Source: a virus. Taken from it: 64,000 nt of DNA. The DNA lies in the IMG/VR virus record IMGVR_UViG_3300005253_000051, positions 1-64,000 of that record; one strand, 5' to 3'. A program made the position numbers and the translations under genes. Under the pieces are notes generated by a model. It worked only from the letters and a program-made list of their open reading frames with translations. It made no database searches and was not told the DNA's origin. This document shows positions 9,425-18,965 of the stretch, piece after piece (position 1 is the first letter of the stretch; the number at the start of each line of letters is the position of its first letter).

Positions 9425-9918
9425 CCGAGCAGTTCCCGCGCGAGCGCTTCGTCACCGGCTACAACCGCGGCGCCCGCGGCTTGACGCAGTTCTTCGTCTA
9501 GATCTCGATCTACGCTGAGATCTCGGACGACCCAGCGAGCAAAGGCGATCTGAATCTCGCTGTAATCTACACCGGCATCGTCGGCGTAGTCGGCGGCGAA
9601 CACGGCGGTGGCGCGAATGGCGTCGGAGGTGTAGTGGGCAGTGGCACGGGCGGCAGCGTAGGCAGCGGCACGAGCGGCGGCGGCGCAGGCGGCAGAGGCG
9701 TCATCAACGCCGCTCGCGACGCCGCGGGCGGCGGCGAGAGCGGCAATTCGGGTGGAATCATCTATTTGTTCTCCGCTCGTATAGCGTTCCGCAATCTCGA
9801 TCGCAACTACGAGATCTGATCGTCGATCTCCGCTGTAAAACGGCAGTGCCAGACGCGCACACTCCGCAGCGAATCCAACAGCGTTTCGGGAATCTGTCCA
9901 TTTGCGTTCGTAGTTCAT
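9421..9918 (-). CDS. Imm5-like Ala-rich paralog 2
   Basis: Same conserved flanks, ATGA coupling. Confidence 0.85.
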   Translation of the reverse strand: MNYERKWTDSRNAVGFAAECARLALPFYSGDRRSDLVVAIEIAERYTSGEQIDDSTRIAALAAARGVASGVDDASAACAAAARAAAYAAARATAHYTSDAIRATAVFAADYADDAGVDYSEIQIAFARWVVRDLSVDRDLDEELRQAAGAAVVAGDEALARELLG

Positions 9919-10418
9919 CCGAGCAATTCCTGCGCGAGCGCTTCGTCGCCCGCTACGACCGCGGCGCCCGCGGCCTGGCGTAGTTCTTCGTCAAAATCTC
10001 GCCCACAGCTTAGATCTCGGATAACCCATCGCGCATAGGCGACTTGGATTTCACTATCGTCAACACCCGCTTTACTAGCCCAATGGACGGTATCGGCGGC
10101 GTCGCGGGCGACGTCGGCATCGGTGGTGGTAGTGGCATAGCAGGCGGCGGAGGCGGCGTAGGCGGCTGGATCGGCTGGATGTGGTGGGCCCTCGGAGGCG
10201 TAGGCGGTGGCGTGGGCGGCGTCGTTAGCGGCGCCGCGAGCGAAGTAGGCGGCGGCACTATCTATTTGCTCACCGTTCGCACAGCGTTCTGCAATCTCGA
10301 TTGCAGTTATGAGATCTGATCGTCGATCACCTATGTAAAACGGTAGTGCCATACGAGCACATTCAGCGGCGAATCCAACCGTGTTCCGGGAATCTCTCCA
10401 GTTTCGCTCGTAGTTCAT
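9915..10418 (-). CDS. Imm5-like Ala-rich paralog 3
   Basis: Same conserved flanks, ATGA coupling. Confidence 0.85.
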   Translation of the reverse strand: MNYERNWRDSRNTVGFAAECARMALPFYIGDRRSDLITAIEIAERCANGEQIDSAAAYFARGAANDAAHATAYASEGPPHPADPAAYAASAACYATTTTDADVARDAADTVHWASKAGVDDSEIQVAYARWVIRDLSCGRDFDEELRQAAGAAVVAGDEALAQELLG

Positions 10419-10909
10419 CCGAGCAATTCCTGTGCGAGTGCTTCGTCACCAGCCACAATCGCAGCGCCCGCGGCTTGGCGTAGTTCTTCGTCAAGATCTC
10501 GATCACAGCTCATGTCGCGGACCGCCCAGCGAGCGAAGGCGATTTGAATCTCGCTGGAATCGACATCAGCATCAGCGGCGGAGGCGGAGGCGGCGTGAGC
10601 GGCGTTGGCTGCGCCGTGGGCGTGAGCGGCGTTTGCGGCGGCGTAGGCGGCGTAGGCGGCAGCGTAGGCGGCAGCGTAGGCGGTAGCATCGTGGATGGTG
10701 CGGACGGCGACAGCATTGGCGGCATAGGCGACGGCGCGGGCGGTGGCACTATCTATTTGTTCCCCATTTACACAGCACTCTGCAATCTCGATCGCAGTTA
10801 CGAGATCTGATCGTTGATCACCGCTGTAAAACGACAGCGCCAGGCGCGCGCATTCCGCAGCGAACCCAACCGCGTTGCGGTCATCATTCCAGTCTCTCTT
10901 GTAGTTCAT
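10415..10909 (-). CDS. Imm5-like Ala-rich paralog 4
   Basis: Same conserved flanks, TGATG-coupled to the integrase. Confidence 0.85.
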   Translation of the reverse strand: MNYKRDWNDDRNAVGFAAECARLALSFYSGDQRSDLVTAIEIAECCVNGEQIDSATARAVAYAANAVAVRTIHDATAYAAAYAAAYAAYAAANAAHAHGAANAAHAASASAADADVDSSEIQIAFARWAVRDMSCDRDLDEELRQAAGAAIVAGDEALAQELLG

Positions 10910-11790
10910 CAGCTCAGATCCGGGAATTTTTCGCCTAGCGCATCGTGGTTGTGGGTGTAGCGGTCGGTCATCGGGTGATGATCACCTCCGCCGACGACAC
11001 CATGACCGGTGATCTGCCGGATTTTCCAGTCATGCCAGCCTGCTTCGCGCGCCATTGTGACGAACGTGTGACGAAGCCTGTGCGTATGAAATTCACGCAC
11101 ACCCATATTTTCTGCGTGCTCACGAAGGATTCTATATACAGATCGAGGGGTTAGGCTGTCCCCGCTGCGCCAATTACCCGAGGTTGAGGGCCGGAGTGAG
11201 CGAAACACACGACCTTTTGTGACCTGTTGCGTTTTTAGCCACGTAATCCAGTTTTCGAGCGCTTCGAGCGCTTCGCCACCGATGGGCACGTGATGCCAGC
11301 GCCGGCCTTTCACGACGACGGAGATCACACCCTCGCGTACGTATTTCAGTTCCATGGTGGACAGTTCTTCGCAGCGGAACGCAGCGTGAAGGCCAGTGAG
11401 AAACATCGCGCAATCACGCAGACCCATCGGGCCAGGTGCAGCCGAGCATGATTGCAAAATCGATCGACACTCGTTCGGCGTGAGTGCATCACTTTTGCCG
11501 TCTAGATCGGGGCTACCAGAAATCCCGTGTGGGTTTTCCACGGAGCGGGCGAAATCTTTGGTGTCGTGGGTGTGAGCGTAGCGCTTCGAGGCGTAGCGCA
11601 CCGCGACCAAATATGACGAGACAGTTTTTGGCGCTAGGCCGTTGGTGAGCAAGTGGTTGCGCCAGCGCTCGACCTCCTGGGTGGTCCAGCCATTGGCGAA
11701 CTCGACGAACGCGCGCACGCGTCTGAGATACTGCTGTTTGGTGCGCGGTGCGCGCTCACCGGCTTGGACGACTCGCTCTAGCTCAGTCAT
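10909..11790 (-). CDS. Tyrosine recombinase/integrase (XerC/D-like)
   Basis: LRD..M...HAAFR..EL, VKG, HTHRLRH, ITGH, TDRY catalytic set, start MTELERV. Confidence 0.92.
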   Translation of the reverse strand: MTELERVVQAGERAPRTKQQYLRRVRAFVEFANGWTTQEVERWRNHLLTNGLAPKTVSSYLVAVRYASKRYAHTHDTKDFARSVENPHGISGSPDLDGKSDALTPNECRSILQSCSAAPGPMGLRDCAMFLTGLHAAFRCEELSTMELKYVREGVISVVVKGRRWHHVPIGGEALEALENWITWLKTQQVTKGRVFRSLRPSTSGNWRSGDSLTPRSVYRILREHAENMGVREFHTHRLRHTFVTMAREAGWHDWKIRQITGHGVVGGGDHHPMTDRYTHNHDALGEKFPDLS

Positions 11791-12029
11791 GGTTCTGAAA
11801 GTTCCCTGGTGATGTCCTTGATGAAGTTTCGGGCCATCGAGCGCGGCGCCGCTACTATGAGCGTCGCACCTTGTGCTTTCATCGCCGCCAAGACATCGCG
11901 CAGATGAGGTAGTTGTTGGTTCCTTGCGAATGCTTCGTTTAGGGTCCAATGCCCCAGCTGTTGTAGCGCGGTGACGACCCGAGCGCCGGTGTCGTCGTAG
12001 CCGGTGAGATAGATCGGGTCTGAGTTCAT
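11787..12029 (-). CDS. Hypothetical protein
   Basis: Translationally coupled at both ends. Confidence 0.55.
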   Translation of the reverse strand: MNSDPIYLTGYDDTGARVVTALQQLGHWTLNEAFARNQQLPHLRDVLAAMKAQGATLIVAAPRSMARNFIKDITRELSEP

Positions 12030-12304
12030 CAGTCTGCCTTTTTAACGGTACGTGCTGTGGGAATGTTCTCTCTGGTTCGTTGACGAAACCACTCTCCTAG
12101 CCAGATCATCGTGATGCAAGGGATCGTTAGCGGCCAGACAAGACCAATTGCAAGACAACGCAATACTAGTTCGAAGTCATCGAAGTATGAGTAGGGTCCC
12201 TTGATTTTTTCGAAAGCGCCGTAACGTGCACCGAGCGCGCAGAAGATAACCAGACAGACGATTCCGAAACCAATCAACCACGTGAATAGGATGTACATGT
12301 TCAT
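12029..12304 (-). CDS. Small two-TM membrane protein
   Basis: Two hydrophobic helices, VWPLTI motif. Confidence 0.65.
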   Translation of the reverse strand: MNMYILFTWLIGFGIVCLVIFCALGARYGAFEKIKGPYSYFDDFELVLRCLAIGLVWPLTIPCITMIWLGEWFRQRTRENIPTARTVKKAD

Positions 12305-12696
12305 TCCAAAAGTTCCTTGGCGATGTCCTCGTTGCCCCCGGCGATGGCGGCGCCCACGGCCAGACGTAACTCTTCGTCGATCACTCGATCGCCCACTAGA
12401 TCTTTGAGCGCCCAGCGGGCGTAGAGCTGGGTCAACTCAGTGTGACACGCGCGGCCCCCAGCGGCGCGCTTGGCCGTGAGATTGGCTGCTTCGCTCGCCT
12501 GCGCGACGTAGTTGTCGGCAGGTGCTTCGTTGAGCTGCATCATCTTGGCGTTATGTGTGGCGAAGTGTGTGAGCGCAGCTGAGTCATGAGTATCGGCACA
12601 CGATTGCCCTTCAGCAGCGATGTAGCTGAGTTTCGTGCAAGCGGACGCGAAGCCGGCGGCGTTTTCAGCATCACGCCAGGTGTGTTCGAAGTTCAT
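12301..12696 (-). CDS. Divergent Imm5-like paralog 5
   Basis: [18 protein letters not shown] and YARWALKDL....IDEELRLAVGAAIAGGNED. Confidence 0.75.
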   Translation of the reverse strand: MNFEHTWRDAENAAGFASACTKLSYIAAEGQSCADTHDSAALTHFATHNAKMMQLNEAPADNYVAQASEAANLTAKRAAGGRACHTELTQLYARWALKDLVGDRVIDEELRLAVGAAIAGGNEDIAKELLE

Positions 12697-13283
12697 GCGT
12701 ACCGCCGGCACAGCCCGCGCGCCCATGAGCCTTGCCAATCAACACGGCGCCCAAAGCGCCGGTGCAACTTGGTCATCTCGGGCAAGTTGCTGGTGCAGAT
12801 GTTGTCCCAAATGTCGTGCCACGCACACGTCCATCGTTGCCCCCTCGCGGGTTTCCATGTGAACGCATCGCCTTCGATGATTTCCAGACGATCGCCGTAT
12901 CGATCTTGGTAGTGCGGGCCCACCAGTTCGATGACTTCGGGCGACTTCTCGACCACGGTCACGCGCTCTACGCGGCCGTTTTCAAGACACCCCTGAAGTA
13001 CCATGCCGAGTCCGAGCCCGTGGATGAGCACGTCGCCGCATGCGCGATTGATGAAGTCTGTGTGATCCAGAATCTCGGCTGTGGTGTCACTCATGACGAG
13101 AGTGTGACCGCGCAGAAGTTGTGTGTATATCCCGGGATCGATGTACCGAGCGCCCGGTCGAAACGCGGCACGAAGATTGCTGAGTTTCACGTCTTCTTTG
13201 GTGAGCGTCATGCGTTCGACTTTCCAGATGCCCGACTGGCCTTCAGGGACGTTCACTTTGTATTTCTCAACCAAGCTCGTCAC
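12693..13283 (-). CDS. SAM-dependent methyltransferase (spermidine synthase-like fold)
   Basis: [15 protein letters not shown] motif I, VVEKS, GDAF, WHDIW. Confidence 0.85.
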   Translation of the reverse strand: MTSLVEKYKVNVPEGQSGIWKVERMTLTKEDVKLSNLRAAFRPGARYIDPGIYTQLLRGHTLVMSDTTAEILDHTDFINRACGDVLIHGLGLGMVLQGCLENGRVERVTVVEKSPEVIELVGPHYQDRYGDRLEIIEGDAFTWKPARGQRWTCAWHDIWDNICTSNLPEMTKLHRRFGRRVDWQGSWARGLCRRYA

Positions 13284-13690
13284 TGGTTTTCCCTCGGCCA
13301 GTTATCAAACTTCATTCCGAGTGAGAGACCCATCTCGGCAAGAATCTCTTTGACTTCTTTGAGAGACATGCGGCCGAAGTTTTTCGTGTTGAGCATCTGG
13401 GACTCAGTTTTCTGAACTAGCTCGCCAACGTACTCGATGTTGTCTAGATACAATCGGTTGGCGACGCGAACTGAAAAGGGTAGCTCGTCTACCGTTCGCG
13501 ATAAGATCTCGTTAAGTCTTTCATCGACTTCCCCCTGCCCCTGCCCGTGCCACTTGCAGCGTTCGACCTTGACGTGCACGATCGCGCCCTTAATGAGTTT
13601 GTGCTGCGCTATCCCATAACCGTTCAAATGCCACAGGTGATTGCCACATGGGCAGATGCGCCAATCCGACGGTCGGCCTTTGAATCCCAT
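13280..13690 (-). CDS. Stand-alone RNA polymerase alpha-CTD with short N-terminal CPCG domain
   Basis: VDEL.FSVR.AN.L...[41 protein letters not shown]. Confidence 0.92.
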   Translation of the reverse strand: MGFKGRPSDWRICPCGNHLWHLNGYGIAQHKLIKGAIVHVKVERCKWHGQGQGEVDERLNEILSRTVDELPFSVRVANRLYLDNIEYVGELVQKTESQMLNTKNFGRMSLKEVKEILAEMGLSLGMKFDNWPRENQ

Positions 13691-13695
13691 TGTCT

Positions 13696-14172
13696 TTACT
13701 CTTTCTCGCCGTCGTCGGTCGGCTCAGGATCGCGACACGACGGGCAGTGTGTCGCGTCATCTTCGACGTACCACCCCGCATCGGACAGATGCGCATCGGG
13801 ATCAGCGCCGTCTGGTACGTCGATCGTCCTCTCGCAGCCCTGATTGCCACGGTCGCACATCGCTCGTGTCGCGGTGCCGTTGGAAATGACCGCGGGCCCT
13901 TTCACCATCGGCCCGGGGAACGGCGACATGGCCGGGAATGTTTCCTGCACGATCGATTTTTCGATCTTGGCATGCAGCGCTGCTGCCATGACGAGTGTGG
14001 TTTCGTAGGCTTCCATCCCGTCTTCGGCATCCATCCAACGTGGCTGGCCGACGTGATCGGTGTTGTCCGAGTAATCGACTTTGGGCCAGCCGTTTTTCCA
14101 GACCACGCGGTACTTGCGCGTGCCTAGGGTGCCTTCCCAGATGTCGGGCCCAGAATTTGTTTGAATGATCAT
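13696..14172 (-). CDS. Hypothetical protein with C-terminal Zn-binding motif
   Basis: CD....GC...AGW.......HCPSC, start MIIQTN. Confidence 0.6.
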   Translation of the reverse strand: MIIQTNSGPDIWEGTLGTRKYRVVWKNGWPKVDYSDNTDHVGQPRWMDAEDGMEAYETTLVMAAALHAKIEKSIVQETFPAMSPFPGPMVKGPAVISNGTATRAMCDRGNQGCERTIDVPDGADPDAHLSDAGWYVEDDATHCPSCRDPEPTDDGEKE

Positions 14173-14447
14173 CGTTTTGCCTTCTCTCGTTGTTCGACGC
14201 TGAGTAGCCGAAATCGCCGGGTGGTCACCGCTCTGTCCGCGTAGGCTGCGCACAAGCTAGAAAATCCCAGATCATCAATTGACCCGCGCTTCTGCTTGCG
14301 CGCAAAATGTGAAGCCATCTCGAAATATGCGTGCTCCCAGAAGGCCAGCTCGCGTTCGTCCAAGATTGTCGGTGGCGGATGCGTACTTATGAATCCCATG
14401 GATCACCCTTCCCAGATGTCGGGCCCAGAATTTGTTTGAATGATCAT
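14132..14447. repeat. 41-bp exact direct repeat (14132-14172 and 14407-14447) flanking a small ORF
   Basis: CCTTCCCAGATGTCGGGCCCAGAATTTGTTTGAATGATCAT occurs twice. Confidence 0.95.
14169..14399 (-). CDS. Hypothetical protein between the direct repeats
   Basis: 76-aa ORF coupled to downstream gene. Confidence 0.6.
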   Translation of the reverse strand: MGFISTHPPPTILDERELAFWEHAYFEMASHFARKQKRGSIDDLGFSSLCAAYADRAVTTRRFRLLSVEQREKAKR

Positions 14448-14619
14448 TGTTTATCCTTGAATCGGTAGTAACCGAGGAAACACAAGGGTCCGAGCAGAGC
14501 ACCGATACAAGCACTGATTACCGATCGAACTGTGCCCTCAGCCATCGTGGATGACACAATGACCGTGAAGACCACTGCTAAGAATAGAAACAGCAAAACA
14601 AAAACAATCGCTATTTTCA

Positions 14620-14973
14620 TCACAGTATCGCCTCCAGGCGTTCTGCGGCGGTGCGTGCTCTGCGGGTGTAATGCGCCGGCTGAGCCCAGTTACTGCTACA
14701 GTGGTCGCGACAGTCTCGCAGTAGATTGCCCAACCCCTCGCGTGTCGCACGCACACGGATATGCTTGCGACCTTTGCCGACGGGTTCCCATTCGATGCCT
14801 AGAACGGTGCACACCCCAGCGCTATCGAGTTGAAGTACTTCGACGATGCCCGTGCCGAGTTTGATGGTGATGATCTCGGACGCGCATTTTCCTTCTAACT
14901 TCGTGTACAGTTTCGTGCACAGCTTTTCGATGCGCGTGAGCTGTATTACTAGCTCTCTGCGTTCCTTAACCAA
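14620..14973 (-). CDS. Hypothetical protein
   Basis: 117-aa ORF in minus-strand operon. Confidence 0.45.
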   Translation of the reverse strand: MVKERRELVIQLTRIEKLCTKLYTKLEGKCASEIITIKLGTGIVEVLQLDSAGVCTVLGIEWEPVGKGRKHIRVRATREGLGNLLRDCRDHCSSNWAQPAHYTRRARTAAERLEAIL

Positions 14974-15194
14974 TTCATCGCGCTCTTTGACCAGCTCGGT
15001 AGCTTCGTCTTCTTGCTCTTTGCAGAGTCTTCAAGTTCGCTAGCCCACTGCTTGGTGTCCTCGACTTCTTCGAGCGCTTTTTTGTACTTGGCGAACAAGC
15101 ACGCGGGGCAGTACTCGTCCGACTCGGCGCCGATCTCGTACTCGTAGTATCTGTCGGCGCATTCTGTACAGATAGTACGGGTTTTGGTGGTCAT
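14949..15194 (-). CDS. Small CxxC..CxxC protein
   Basis: ICTECA...YCPAC, preceded by conserved promoter motif. Confidence 0.65.
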   Translation of the reverse strand: MTTKTRTICTECADRYYEYEIGAESDEYCPACLFAKYKKALEEVEDTKQWASELEDSAKSKKTKLPSWSKSAMNWLRNAES

Positions 15195-15200
15195 GGTTTC

Positions 15201-15228
15201 TCAGACGGCACACGGCGCGGGCTATTCA
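15201..15228 (-). promoter_or_regulatory. TGAATA-N16-GTCTGA promoter-like motif
   Basis: One of five similar copies, 6 nt upstream of ATGACC. Confidence 0.65.
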
Positions 15229-15458
15229 ACTCGTAGTATCGCATTGCTGTTGTGTGGGTTCATCAGACACGAATCGCAAAGAGGCACGGCAAATCGGCCG
15301 CTGTAGCTCCCATCTGCAAACTCGATTTCAAGTATTGCAGAGCCAAATTGGGGCTTGCCGAGTAGCTCTCCGCATCGCCAGCACGGCGTTTCCTGTCTCT
15401 CTTTTTCTGCGCGTTTTTCCGCGCGGCGAAGTTTTCTAGCTTGTCGCATGTCAATCAT
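15222..15458 (-). CDS. Small zinc-finger-like protein
   Basis: CWRC...LCDSC. Confidence 0.55.
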   Translation of the reverse strand: MIDMRQARKLRRAEKRAEKERQETPCWRCGELLGKPQFGSAILEIEFADGSYSGRFAVPLCDSCLMNPHNSNAILRVE

Positions 15459-15930
15459 CTCTTTTCCTTCGGCAGTACTCTTCGAGTCCTATTGCTTCGG
15501 CCAGTTCAGGTGTGATTGGAGATTCACGTCGTTCTCCTAGCTTGACCTTCTTTCCATCGGGAAAGGTGAACGTGATGTTGGACGGCGCGAGCTTGCGTTT
15601 ACGTTTGCTCACAGGACTACTCTCATCGGCATCCGACGTAGGTCGTCGCGCGTTGTCCACGGCGATGCACCATCGAGCCATTCCGAGGCTCCGGTACGCG
15701 GATTAATACGGCACACGTTTTCGTTGCACTTGTCACAAGATCCGATCAAGACGCCATCGCCTCGGGATCCGTTGATTCTTGCGTCACAACAGGGTGATTT
15801 GTTCATTTCTTCATCCATTCCCCGAGTGAATCGTTGATCAACAAAGCAAAAGCCCAGGCCCAACAAACCACCACCATAGGGATCCAGATCGGGGACGTCA
15901 TAAGCCCCACAAAAATCATGATCACAACCC

Positions 15931-16209
15931 TCATTTCGACTCCTGTGCTGCGCGGCGCATGCACTCTTTGGAGATGCGCTCGGCCGCGAGGCGCGCGCCC
16001 GCGGCCGAGTAGCTATCTGGTGGTGAATCGGGACCTGGCGCCGCGAAAATGCTCTCTGGGTAGTCGGCTGCGACTCCTTCAGCGATAGCAGTTGCCCGTA
16101 GCCACATCTCGCGCCGTATATCAGCGAGCGCCTGTCGGAGCTTACGGGTTTTGTCTTTTTCGAGCCATAGCTCGTTGCGGATGTCGCCGATTGTTTTTCG
16201 TCTAGCCAT
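15931..16209 (-). CDS. Hypothetical protein
   Basis: GAGGAG SD, coupled to upstream ORF. Confidence 0.55.
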   Translation of the reverse strand: MARRKTIGDIRNELWLEKDKTRKLRQALADIRREMWLRATAIAEGVAADYPESIFAAPGPDSPPDSYSAAGARLAAERISKECMRRAAQESK

Positions 16210-16483
16210 GGATTTCTCTCCTCGCGATTCTGTCCAGGATCGCCCGGCGTTTTGAGATCTTCGGCTTCGCCGCGCGGCGCCATTCGTAGAGCAACTTCGC
16301 GGTGCGCACGGCGTTTTTATCGTTGACTAGTTTCTTTTCCAAGCGGCCGAAATACCGCTTATCAAATAACGGCCACGGGTGAAACTTGAACCAATTATTT
16401 CTTTTTCGGGCTTTGATTTCCGTGTTGTAACTCAGATCAATTTTCCATTTCGGCCAGCGGTTCCAGTCTCGTTTATTACTCAT
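16202..16483 (-). CDS. Basic Trp-rich hypothetical protein
   Basis: ATGA coupling with paralog 6. Confidence 0.55.
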   Translation of the reverse strand: MSNKRDWNRWPKWKIDLSYNTEIKARKRNNWFKFHPWPLFDKRYFGRLEKKLVNDKNAVRTAKLLYEWRRAAKPKISKRRAILDRIARREIHG

Positions 16484-17016
16484 AACTTTCCTTGGACGAG
16501 TTTGCTGGCCAAATCTTCATCGCCCGCCACGACCGCGGCGCCCGCCGCGAGCCTCAGTTCTTCGTCGATCTGCTTGTCACCAGCTAGGTCCCACACGACC
16601 CAGCGCGCGAATGCAACATCCACGTCATGAGTATCGACTCCGGCATCGAACGCGTGCCGGATGACTGAATCTACGACGTAGATGCGCGAGGTATACGAGG
16701 TAAACGAAGTGCGCACGGAGCGGGCGCACGCGGCAGCGGCGCGCGCCGCCGACCGGGAAGGGCGTCCGCTGGCACCGAGGCTCAGGTCTTTGCTCGCCCA
16801 GAATGCGCCGTCGGCGAGTTTTTCAGCGTGCTGCTTGTCTATTTTGTCACCACGGGCATATTGCTCGGCGATTTCGATGGCGGATACGATTATTTGGCGG
16901 CGGCGGTGGTTTGGGTCGCCGACGTAGAACTCCAGCGCCAGCTGCGCGCATGCGGCACAGAAACCGGCCGCATTTTTCGGATTTATCCAGTCTCGCTGGT
17001 AGTTCATGTTCGGCAT
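16480..17016 (-). CDS. Imm5-like paralog 6
   Basis: MNYQRDW..PKNAAGFCAACA.LAL.FY and AFARWVVWDL....IDEELRLAAGAAVVAGDE. Confidence 0.85.
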   Translation of the reverse strand: MPNMNYQRDWINPKNAAGFCAACAQLALEFYVGDPNHRRRQIIVSAIEIAEQYARGDKIDKQHAEKLADGAFWASKDLSLGASGRPSRSAARAAAACARSVRTSFTSYTSRIYVVDSVIRHAFDAGVDTHDVDVAFARWVVWDLAGDKQIDEELRLAAGAAVVAGDEDLASKLVQGKL

Positions 17017-17075
17017 TGTTACGGGACTTCTAGAAGCCAAGTTCGGTTTTGCACAGGACATACGCCCTGAAATAA

Positions 17076-17294
17076 TCATTCGATGTCTTTTGCTGCCTTT
17101 TGCAAGTTACGGCGGAACGCCGCGAGCCCAGCGGAAGCGCCTTCGACAAAAGCCGCCGCGTCGTGATCTTGACCCAGGCCGACAAGAACGAGGTATCGAG
17201 CAGCAGCGGCTTCTTTGACCCCCCGCTCACGAGCGAAGTTCCGCAATTGATCAAGCGTGTCGGCATCTATGCGGAACGAGATGATTTTAGACAT
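17076..17294 (-). CDS. Ribbon-helix-helix (CopG-like) regulator
   Basis: SKIISFRID.DTLDQL..FARERG.....AARYLV..GL. Confidence 0.75.
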   Translation of the reverse strand: MSKIISFRIDADTLDQLRNFARERGVKEAAAARYLVLVGLGQDHDAAAFVEGASAGLAAFRRNLQKAAKDIE

Positions 17295-17805
17295 CGATCT
17301 CTCCTTGGACTAGTTTTCTAGCTAGTTCTTCATCCCCGGCCACGATTGCGGCGCCCGCGGCTTGGCGGATTTGCTCGTCGAGTTGATCACAGCTGAGATC
17401 TCGGACTACCCATCGGGCAAAGGCGATTTGCAGCTCGCTGTCACAGACGCCAGCATGGGAGGCGTAGATGGCGGCGCGAGCGATGTAGATGGCGGCGGCG
17501 GTGAAGTCGGTGGCGGCGCGAGCTGCGCAAGCGGCGGCGCGAGCGGCGGCGTAGGCGGAATCGGCGTCGGTGGAGTCGGTGGCGGCATAGTCGGTGGCAT
17601 AGGCGGAGTAGATGGCGGCACGAGCACCGGCACGAGCGGTAGTACTGCTTATTTGTTCCCCGTTCACATAGCTCTCTGCAATCTCAATTGCAGTCACGAC
17701 ACCGGATCGTCGTTCGCCGCCGTAAAACGGCAACGCCAGACGAGCACACGCGGCGGCGAATCCGGTGGCATTTCGCAAGTCGTTCCATTTGCGTTCGTAT
17801 TTCAT
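17287..17805 (-). CDS. Imm5-like paralog 7
   Basis: Conserved flanks, start MKYERKW coupled to HNH stop. Confidence 0.85.
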   Translation of the reverse strand: MKYERKWNDLRNATGFAAACARLALPFYGGERRSGVVTAIEIAESYVNGEQISSTTARAGARAAIYSAYATDYAATDSTDADSAYAAARAAACAARAATDFTAAAIYIARAAIYASHAGVCDSELQIAFARWVVRDLSCDQLDEQIRQAAGAAIVAGDEELARKLVQGEIDV

Positions 17806-18344
17806 ACGTACGGAATCCAGCCTTTTCCAAACAGAACGCTGCGGCACTTGTCACACGTGATCGAGAGATCACTTCCTGAGATGTTGTCGCGGGCGCCGCA
17901 GTAGGCTGTAAGCGGGTAGCAGCTATTTTCGGCGTGTTTGGGTTCCCATCGGCCGGGCTCGGGCAGACCGCCGGCATACTCGATTAGCTCGTAGACGCGC
18001 TGCTGCTGTCCACGCGGGAAGTAGTGCGCCCAGAACTGATCGTGAAACGGATCATTGGTGCTCTTGCGGTAGTTGCATGAGCTACACGCAGGAACGCAGT
18101 TGCCCAACACCGAGTGACCGCCGCGCCCGAGCGGCACGAAGTGCTCCAGCTGAAGCGGCCGGGTTTCGCACGAAACGCCGCAATAGGCGCACGTGTACTC
18201 GAAAAATTCGAGCGTGTAGCGCCATTCATCAAGCGTAATGCGGGCTATGTAGCCGCGTCTGCGAGCTTCTGTACGCGCGTTGGTCGCTTGGTACGTGGCG
18301 TACTTGTAATGGGCGTCGCGGCCGTATCTGGGTCTTCGAGCCAT
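17802..18344 (-). CDS. HNH endonuclease
   Basis: CAYCG...LEHFVPLGRGG....NCVPACSSCNYRK. Confidence 0.9.
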   Translation of the reverse strand: MARRPRYGRDAHYKYATYQATNARTEARRRGYIARITLDEWRYTLEFFEYTCAYCGVSCETRPLQLEHFVPLGRGGHSVLGNCVPACSSCNYRKSTNDPFHDQFWAHYFPRGQQQRVYELIEYAGGLPEPGRWEPKHAENSCYPLTAYCGARDNISGSDLSITCDKCRSVLFGKGWIPYV

Positions 18345-18348
18345 GATT

Positions 18349-18846
18349 TCATCCTGCTAAGAGTTCTTTGGCTAGGTTCTCATCCCCGGCTATGATCGCA
18401 GCACCCGCGGCTTGGCGCAGCTCTGTGTCAAAATCTTGACCGCCGCTGAGATCTCGGGTGACCCAGCGAGCGAAAGCGATTTGCAACTCGCTGTCACAGA
18501 CGCCAGCACGGGAAGCGTAAACGGCGGCGCGAATGGCGTCGTCGGCGGCGTTGGCGGCGTTGGCGTAGGTGATGTCGGCAGCGTAGCCGGCAGCATAGGC
18601 GGCAACACGAGCGGCATCGGCCGCGCCGCTCGCGTCGGCGGCGCGAGCGACGTGAAGGGCGTTAGCGGCGGCATAGGCGTCGGTAGCGTTTATTTGTTCG
18701 TCCTCTGCAATCTCGATCGCGACTACGACAACAGATCGTCGATCTCCCCTGTAAAACGGCAGTGCTAGACGCGCACACGTGGCGGCGAATCCGACCGCGT
18801 TCCGCTGATCAGCCCACTTTCGATCCCATTTAGGTCGTTGAACCAT
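18349..18846 (-). CDS. Imm5-like paralog 8
   Basis: Conserved flanks, Ala/Tyr/Asp-rich centre. Confidence 0.85.
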   Translation of the reverse strand: MVQRPKWDRKWADQRNAVGFAATCARLALPFYRGDRRSVVVVAIEIAEDEQINATDAYAAANALHVARAADASGAADAARVAAYAAGYAADITYANAANAADDAIRAAVYASRAGVCDSELQIAFARWVTRDLSGGQDFDTELRQAAGAAIIAGDENLAKELLAG

Positions 18847-18852
18847 GGATCC

Positions 18853-18921
18853 ACCCTATCAAAAATAACTAAAGTAGACAACGTCTACTTTACGTCCGTA
18901 TCGTTGAGAAATACGGACGTA
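18853..18921 (-). promoter_or_regulatory. Sigma70-like leaderless promoter overlapped by adjacent inverted repeats
   Basis: TTGTCT-N17-TAGGGT-N6-ATG, IRs TAAAGTAGAC/GTCTACTTTA (18870-18892) and TACGTCCGTAT/ATACGGACGTA (18891-18921). Confidence 0.6.
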
Positions 18922-18965
18922 GGCTGGTTCTTGGGCCGCGCCAAATGCCTGTGAATCCGAGCTGG

